Assembly (NCBI GenBank): GCA_023247445.1
Contig: JAHFGL010000007.1
Location: forward strand, 17,910-81,909
Source: Candidatus Omnitrophota bacterium
GTDB taxonomy: Bacteria > Omnitrophota > Gorgyraeia > Zapsychrales > Zapsychraceae
Direction: 5' to 3'
Length of the DNA: 64,000 bases
Of this stretch, positions 58,788-64,000 are shown in pieces. The position numbers and the translations under genes are program-made. The notes under the pieces are model-generated. The model worked only from the letters and a program-made list of their open reading frames with translations. It was not told the origin of the DNA and made no database searches. How positions within the stretch are numbered: the first letter of the stretch is position 1; the number at the start of each line of letters is the position of its first letter.

Positions 58788-60249
58788 GTCCTAAAGAAAT
58801 ACCGGCGATATTAACCTTGGCCTCACCTAAAATCGTCCCCAGTGCACCAACAAGTCCTGGTTTATCATTATTATTAATGAATACCATGTATCCTTCTGGC
58901 ACAGCCTCAACGTACACTTCATTAATTTTGACAATACGTGGTTGTTTGTTTCCAGAGATTGTTCCCAAAATCGAAAACTCTTCCTTATCAGTAATGACTT
59001 TAACTTTAATACAGTTTACAAATTCTTCTTCGACGTTTGATTTAATTTCCTGGACGTTAACCCCTCGTTCCTTGGCTAGATCTAACGCGTTAATAAAATT
59101 AACCGTCTCGCCAAGAATCGGTGACAAAAAACCATTAACTAAAGACATTGTAATCGGGGCCACTTTGTAATTATTGACGACGCCGCTATAAGTGATTTGA
59201 ATTTCCTTCATACGGCCGTTGATAAGTTGGCCAGCAAATTTCCCCAAACGAAATCCTAAGTTGATATACGGCTCCAATATTTTATACGCCTCGGCATCAA
59301 CCGATGGAAAGTTGGCGGCGTTGACAATGCCCTTACCTAAAAGAGCATCACGTACTGTTTCTGCAATTTCAATGGCAACATTGACCTGGGCTTCTGATGT
59401 CGATGCCCCAAGATGTGGCGTTAGAACACAATTATCTAATTTCAAAAGCGGGTGATCAGTGGATGGAGGTTCTTCTTCAAAAACATCGAGCGCAGCCCCT
59501 GCGATACGTTTATCCTGTAAAGCTTTGGCAAGCGCAGTTTCACTAATAATACCGCCACGCGCACAGTTGATGACACGCGCCGTTTTTTTCATCAAACCAA
59601 ATTCTTTTTCACCAATCAAATTACTCGTCTCTGATGTCTTTGGAATATGAACCGTAATGTAATCAGATCTTTTCAAAAGCGCATCCATTTCAACAACCTC
59701 AATACCACGCTGGGCCGCAACCTCCATTGACAAAAATGGATCGTAGGCAATTACCGTCATGCCAAAGGCCTTGGCAAATTTTGAAACCGTTGACCCAATT
59801 CGACCAAGTCCAACAACCCCAAGGACTTTCCCATAAAGCTCAACTCCCGTAAATTTGGAACGATCCCATTTGCCTGATTTTAACGACGCACAAGCCTGAG
59901 GGATATTACGCGATAACGCCAAAATCATACTCATCGTGTGTTCCGCGGTTGAGGTGGTGTTGCCCGCCGGGGTATTCATCGCCACAATTCCCTTTTTAGT
60001 CGCGGCTGTTAAATCAACATTATCTAAACCCACCCCGGCACGACCGATAAATTTTAATTTCTTTGCCGCTTCGATGATATCTGCCGTCACGTCCGTTGAA
60101 CTACGGATAATAAGTGCATCATAATCTTTGATAACTGATTTTAATTCGTCCTTAGGAAGATTATATTTACAGTCAACGGTAAATTCCTTTACCGCTTTTA
60201 AAATGGCAATTCCCTCGTCAGCAAGTTTGTCACTAATTAAAATTTTCAT
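58666..60249 (-). CDS. serA: D-3-phosphoglycerate dehydrogenase
   Basis: Start at MKILISDKL (RBS GGGAG 5 nt upstream). NAD-binding GxGxxG (GVVGLGRIGS) and a C-terminal ACT domain. Confidence 0.9.
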   Translation of the reverse strand: MKILISDKLADEGIAILKAVKEFTVDCKYNLPKDELKSVIKDYDALIIRSSTDVTADIIEAAKKLKFIGRAGVGLDNVDLTAATKKGIVAMNTPAGNTTSTAEHTMSMILALSRNIPQACASLKSGKWDRSKFTGVELYGKVLGVVGLGRIGSTVSKFAKAFGMTVIAYDPFLSMEVAAQRGIEVVEMDALLKRSDYITVHIPKTSETSNLIGEKEFGLMKKTARVINCARGGIISETALAKALQDKRIAGAALDVFEEEPPSTDHPLLKLDNCVLTPHLGASTSEAQVNVAIEIAETVRDALLGKGIVNAANFPSVDAEAYKILEPYINLGFRLGKFAGQLINGRMKEIQITYSGVVNNYKVAPITMSLVNGFLSPILGETVNFINALDLAKERGVNVQEIKSNVEEEFVNCIKVKVITDKEEFSILGTISGNKQPRIVKINEVYVEAVPEGYMVFINNNDKPGLVGALGTILGEAKVNIAGISLGREAQNGIAISVVNVDSAVPEEIIERLKKTKDIVFVKLVKV

Positions 60250-60276
60250 AAAGACTCCCATTCCATGTCAACTAAT

Positions 60277-60349
60277 GTCATTCCCTCGAAAGTGGGAAAC
60301 CAGAAATAATAATACTATTTCTGGATCCCCACTTTCGTGGGGATGGCAA
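60277..60349. repeat. REP-like composite palindromic element, copy 3 (GTCATTCCCtCGAAAGTGGGAA ... GGATCCCCAC-tttc-GTGGGGATGGCAA)
   Basis: It sits in the 100-bp spacer between the aminotransferase stop and the serA start. It is the inverted-orientation counterpart of copy 2 and shares its stem sequence with copy 1. Confidence 0.6.
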
Positions 60350-60361
60350 CTAAACAATTAA

Positions 60362-61501
60362 TTACTGATTAAAAAATTTCTGAGCAGCAGCCACTCCAGC
60401 TCCTAAATTAAATTTGTATCCCATTTCATTAAGCACTTTTTCAAAACAGGATAAACAGGTAAGAATATCAAACTCATCGATGCATCCCATATGCCCGATG
60501 CGTATAATTTTTCCTTTTATTTTATCCTGCCCACCAGCGACTGAAATCCCATAAGTATCACGCATGGTTTTAACAAGTTTCTCACCATCAATGCCCGCTG
60601 GCAGATTAATCGCCGTTAAGACATTTGACTGACAAGATTTATCCGTGAAAATGCTTAAACCTAAAGCATAAGCCGCTTCTTTCGTCCCTTGGGCAAGCCT
60701 TGCATATTGTGCAAATAATTTTTCACGACCGATTGATTTCATCGAACGCAAGCTCTCAACAAGCGCAATAACAATCCCAATAGCCGGTGTATACGGTGTG
60801 TCTGTCTTTGCCGCTGCGTCTTTGGCGACTTTAAGATCAAAATAATATCGTGGTGTTTTACACTCGTTAATTAATTTGAAAGCTTTGTCATTAGCGGCGA
60901 GAAACGCAACGCCCGGCGGCAACATAAAACCTTTATGCCCAGCGGAAACAACAACATCAACCCCCCAAGCATCCATTTGCATATCAATTATTCCAAGCGC
61001 GCTGATAGCATCAACAACCAAAACAGCATTCGTTTTTCGAACGACGTCTGCTACAGCCTTTATATCTGTCGTGACCGCTGTAGAAGTTTCACTCGCCGTC
61101 ACAAATACAGCTTTTATATCTTTTTCTTTATCTAGAACTTCTTTAATCTGTGATGCCGAAACCGCCTTGCCCCATTCAACTTTAATCACATGAGTCTTAG
61201 CGCCAAAAGTCTGACAGAGCTCAACCCAGCGTTCACCAAATTTTCCGCCATCAATCGCGATCACCTTGTCACCGGCAGATATAAGATTGGAGACAGCCGC
61301 CTCCATCGCGCCAGTTCCTGATGATGTCAAAATCAGAACATCACTTTTGGTTTGAAAAAAATATTTAAGACCTTCATTGGCCTCTTTTAAATTTTCTTGA
61401 AATTGCGGTGTGCGATGATGAATGATTGGCCGACCCAGCGCTGCACAAATGTCCGGAGGAATCTGTGTTGGGCCAGGGGTGAGCAGTAAATTTCGTTTCA
61501 T
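60362..61501 (-). CDS. Class V aminotransferase (serine-pyruvate / phosphoserine aminotransferase-like)
   Basis: PLP fold with a conserved Lys (SAGHKGF) and the T..GTGAMEAA motif. Adjacency to serA suggests a role in serine biosynthesis. Confidence 0.83.
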   Translation of the reverse strand: MKRNLLLTPGPTQIPPDICAALGRPIIHHRTPQFQENLKEANEGLKYFFQTKSDVLILTSSGTGAMEAAVSNLISAGDKVIAIDGGKFGERWVELCQTFGAKTHVIKVEWGKAVSASQIKEVLDKEKDIKAVFVTASETSTAVTTDIKAVADVVRKTNAVLVVDAISALGIIDMQMDAWGVDVVVSAGHKGFMLPPGVAFLAANDKAFKLINECKTPRYYFDLKVAKDAAAKTDTPYTPAIGIVIALVESLRSMKSIGREKLFAQYARLAQGTKEAAYALGLSIFTDKSCQSNVLTAINLPAGIDGEKLVKTMRDTYGISVAGGQDKIKGKIIRIGHMGCIDEFDILTCLSCFEKVLNEMGYKFNLGAGVAAAQKFFNQ

Positions 61502-61541
61502 GACAAATAAACCTTTCTTGCCTTTATGTTGCCTCTAAATT

Positions 61542-62162
61542 TTATTTTTTGTGCTTGGCAGGATTCATAAGGACTTCATCAATAAGGCCATATTCTTTAG
61601 CCTCTTGCGCAGACATGAAATAATCGCGGTCACAATCTTTTTCAACCCGTTCAAAAGGTTGAGCAGAATGGTTAGCTAAAATTCTGGTTAACTCTTCTTT
61701 CATTCGTAAAATTTCTTTGGCTTGAATAGAAATATCGCTCGCGGATCCTTGTGCCCCGCCCCAAGGTTGATGAATCATAATACGAGAATAAGGAAGCGCG
61801 AATCTTTTCCCCTTGGCCCCAGCGGCCAAAAGTAATGATCCCATGCTAGCCGCTTGTCCTAAACAATAGGTACAAACGCTCGGCTTAATAAATTGCATTG
61901 TGTCATAAATCGCAAGCCCGGCGGTCACTGATCCCCCCGGCGAGTTAATATAAACATTAATATCTTTGGACGCATCTTCACTTTGCAAAAATAATAACTG
62001 CGCAATAATTAAATTAGCCACATTGTCATCAATGGCGGTTCCAATAAAAATAATACGCTCTTTAAGTAGGCGCGAATAAATATCGTACGCCCGCTCGGCA
62101 TGGCCCGTCTTTTCAATAACCATTGGAACAAGAAGTTGTGAATTAAGATCCATCTCCATCAT
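61542..62162 (-). CDS. clpP: ATP-dependent Clp protease proteolytic subunit
   Basis: Catalytic GQAASMGS (Ser), MIHQP (His) and the Asp triad. Start taken at the second or third Met after RBS AGAGG. clpX does not follow. Confidence 0.93.
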   Translation of the reverse strand: MMEMDLNSQLLVPMVIEKTGHAERAYDIYSRLLKERIIFIGTAIDDNVANLIIAQLLFLQSEDASKDINVYINSPGGSVTAGLAIYDTMQFIKPSVCTYCLGQAASMGSLLLAAGAKGKRFALPYSRIMIHQPWGGAQGSASDISIQAKEILRMKEELTRILANHSAQPFERVEKDCDRDYFMSAQEAKEYGLIDEVLMNPAKHKK

Positions 62163-63049
62163 TTTGCCTCTTCCCATTTGGCCTCCTTTAAAAGAAATTC
62201 CATTACTTTGGCTGGAATGTTTTCATTCTGTGCAATTTCTATTTTTTCTAATTCGGCGATCTTGGCAAAAATAAAATAAAGTTTGATATCTTTATCAATG
62301 GCCTCTGTTAATTCCTTTTTCATTTGCTCTTCACGTTTTTGAATTTCTTCATCTGACATCCCTTGTGACTTCAATCGATTCGTTGTTTCTTTCATGCGAT
62401 GTTCTAATTGTTTCTTAACCAAGGATTGAGGAACCATCAACTTTGAATGTTTTAAAAGATCTTCCACAATTTGATTTTCAATATCCAATCGATTGTGGCG
62501 ATCCTTATCCATCTCCAGTTGTCGACTCAACGATTTCTTGAAATCATCAAAACTCGGATACCCTAAACCACGGGCAAAGGTATCATCCAAGGCGACTTCT
62601 TTTTCTCCTTGACCCTTTTTAAAATATTCCAAAGTTTTGTTAATTTCCTCATCGGTGACCTGAGAACTTTTTCTTTTGACGTTGATTTGTTTATAATCTT
62701 TAACCTGAACTTCTGGTCGGATATCTAACTTCGCGGTAAAAGTGATCACCCCATCTTTAAAACTGACATCATTGATATCAGGCATATCAATAGGATCTAA
62801 TTTTTCTTTCTCAATAGCTTCTTGATAGGCTTCTGGAATTAACGACTTTAAAACCTCTTCTTGAGCAACATGGCTGTGTTCTGATTCCAAAAGATGGCGA
62901 GGCGCTTTTCCTGGACGAAAACCTTTAATCTTCGCCACTTTTCCTAACTCTTTATAAACCTCTTCGAGTCTGGCCGTCACTCTTTCTTTGCCGATTTGAA
63001 ACTTTAACTCTCTTCGAATTGGATCTACTTTTTTAACTTCAAGCAACAT
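62159..63049 (-). CDS. tig: Trigger factor lacking the central PPIase (FKBP) domain
   Basis: 296 aa. N-terminal ribosome-binding domain with GFRPGKAP, joined directly to the C-terminal helical arm domain. No FKBP segment of about 100 aa. Confidence 0.78.
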   Translation of the reverse strand: MLLEVKKVDPIRRELKFQIGKERVTARLEEVYKELGKVAKIKGFRPGKAPRHLLESEHSHVAQEEVLKSLIPEAYQEAIEKEKLDPIDMPDINDVSFKDGVITFTAKLDIRPEVQVKDYKQINVKRKSSQVTDEEINKTLEYFKKGQGEKEVALDDTFARGLGYPSFDDFKKSLSRQLEMDKDRHNRLDIENQIVEDLLKHSKLMVPQSLVKKQLEHRMKETTNRLKSQGMSDEEIQKREEQMKKELTEAIDKDIKLYFIFAKIAELEKIEIAQNENIPAKVMEFLLKEAKWEEAK

Positions 63050-63064
63050 GATTACACTCCTCTT

Positions 63065-63793
63065 CTACATTCTGAATTTTTCACCTAAATAAATTTTTCT
63101 CGCCTCTGGATCATTGATGAGTTCCTGCGCTGTTCCAGAAATGAGAATTTTTCCTTCTGCGATCAAATACGCCCGATCGGTAATCGCCAATGTTTCACGC
63201 ACGTTATGATCTGTTAAAAGAATTCCTAATCCCCGGGCTTTTAAATCTTTGATAATCTCTTGCGCCTCGGCAACGACGATGGGGTCAATTCCCGAAAAAG
63301 GTTCATCCAATAAAAGAAATGATGGATTTGTGACCAAGGCGCGGGTAATTTCTAAACGTCGGCGCTCTCCACCGGACAACGTATACGCCTTACTTTTGGC
63401 TAAATGTGCAATATTTAATTCTTCTAAAAGAGCATCTAATCTTTTTTTTCTCTCGCGCGGACTAATTTGAAGCGTTTCTAAGATCGCCATAATATTTTCC
63501 GCAACGGTCAACTTACGAAAAATCGAGGATTCTTGAGCTAAATATCCCATCCCTAAACGGCTTCGATCATGAATAGGTTTTTTCGTAATATCTTCATTAT
63601 CAAAAAATACTTGGCCCTCATCCGGCGCAACAATACCGACAGCCATATAAAATGTTGTCGTCTTTCCCGCCCCATTAGGCCCAAGTAAACCAACAATTTC
63701 TGAACGGCCAACGGTAATTGACGTTCGATCCACAACACGTCGACCACCATAGGCCTTAACCAAATTTCTAGTTTCCAAAAGCTGAAGCGCCAT
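63065..63793 (-). CDS. lptB: LPS export ABC transporter ATP-binding protein
   Basis: Walker A GPNGAGKTT, signature LSGGERRR, Walker B LLLDEP. Sits downstream of an LptA-like gene. Confidence 0.88.
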   Translation of the reverse strand: MALQLLETRNLVKAYGGRRVVDRTSITVGRSEIVGLLGPNGAGKTTTFYMAVGIVAPDEGQVFFDNEDITKKPIHDRSRLGMGYLAQESSIFRKLTVAENIMAILETLQISPRERKKRLDALLEELNIAHLAKSKAYTLSGGERRRLEITRALVTNPSFLLLDEPFSGIDPIVVAEAQEIIKDLKARGLGILLTDHNVRETLAITDRAYLIAEGKILISGTAQELINDPEARKIYLGEKFRM

Positions 63794-64000
63794 CTTTTCC
63801 TTGTTGTGTATTCATAATTAATTTCGGTCGTCCAGAAAGAGTAAGCTTCTGATTAGTCGCATTATAAACGGCTTTATCCGCAAAGGTTTGATTTTCTCCC
63901 TGAACAATCTCAACATTCCCAAGACAAATCATTTCTTTGATCGTACTTTTGGCATTATCAAAATATACTTCCATCCGATCAGCCTTGAGCGTCTTACCCC
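63768..64000 (-). CDS. lptA: LptA/OstA-family periplasmic protein (5' part outside window)
   Basis: C-terminal LptA-like beta-jellyroll repeats (VEIVQGENQTFADKAVYNATNQKLTLSG). The frame remains open upstream of the listed Met to the window edge. Confidence 0.55.
   Translation of the reverse strand, partial: GKTLKADRMEVYFDNAKSTIKEMICLGNVEIVQGENQTFADKAVYNATNQKLTLSGRPKLIMNTQQGKDGASAFGN

Noticed and set aside
60266-60271. TTGACA hexamer upstream of serA
   Set aside because: It lies only about 17 nt from the serA ATG, leaving no room for a -10 element and leader. It is probably a chance match within the repeat-flanking sequence.
1-64000. Search for tRNA, rRNA, tmRNA, RNase P RNA, CRISPR arrays, IS elements, integrases or phage genes
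   Set aside because: All intergenic spacers are shorter than 210 bp and lack T-loop or D-loop signatures. There are no direct-repeat/spacer arrays and no transposase or integrase homologs among the ORFs.

Overview
This is a 64 kb chromosomal segment from an AT-rich, apparently diderm bacterium; LptA/LptB, an OmpA-like lipoprotein and GGAGG-type ribosome-binding sites are present. I cannot assign a taxon from sequence alone, but the gene content suggests a small-genome or candidate-phylum lineage. The most striking global property is near-total strand co-orientation. About 70 genes lie on the minus strand, and rpmB (3015..3239) is the only plus-strand gene. The minus-strand content, from high to low coordinate, is: lptA/lptB, a short trigger factor, clpP, a class V aminotransferase with serA, purA, an OmpA-like lipoprotein, uppS-cdsA-dxr-rseP, an orphan CpaF/TadA-like ATPase, proS, rimP-nusA-infB, trpS, scpA, ruvB, SpoIID, queA-tgt-trmD-rplS-rnhB-yraN, an FchA-like protein with folD, a degenerate FAD-oxidoreductase-like protein, a TPR protein, polA, glgA, coaE, rho, rpmE, prfA-prmC, murA, trpG-trpD-trpC-trpF, an eight-gene insert of envelope and protease genes (a MORN-TM-PAS protein, a Cys-rich small protein, an M20 deacylase, a DUF457 hydrolase, DUF3108, DUF2059, LemA, and an M48 protease fused to zinc ribbons), trpB-trpA, an M16 peptidase, rsfS, argS, a signal-peptidase-I-like protein, recJ, pepF and two secreted proteins. 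I found no rRNA, tRNA, CRISPR array, transposase or integrase. Beyond ordinary annotation, I flag the following:
- a dispersed family of about 70 bp composite palindromic hairpin elements (REP-like) at three intergenic sites;
- a signal-peptidase-I homolog whose nucleophile serine is replaced by histidine and which carries an N-terminal TM2-like domain;
- an rsfS gene whose conserved N-terminus lies upstream of any canonical start codon, suggesting an AUU start;
- an unannotated 56-codon ORF with a consensus promoter and RBS;
- a trp operon split by an eight-gene insert and lacking trpE;
- a trigger factor without a PPIase domain;
- several structured intergenic regions.
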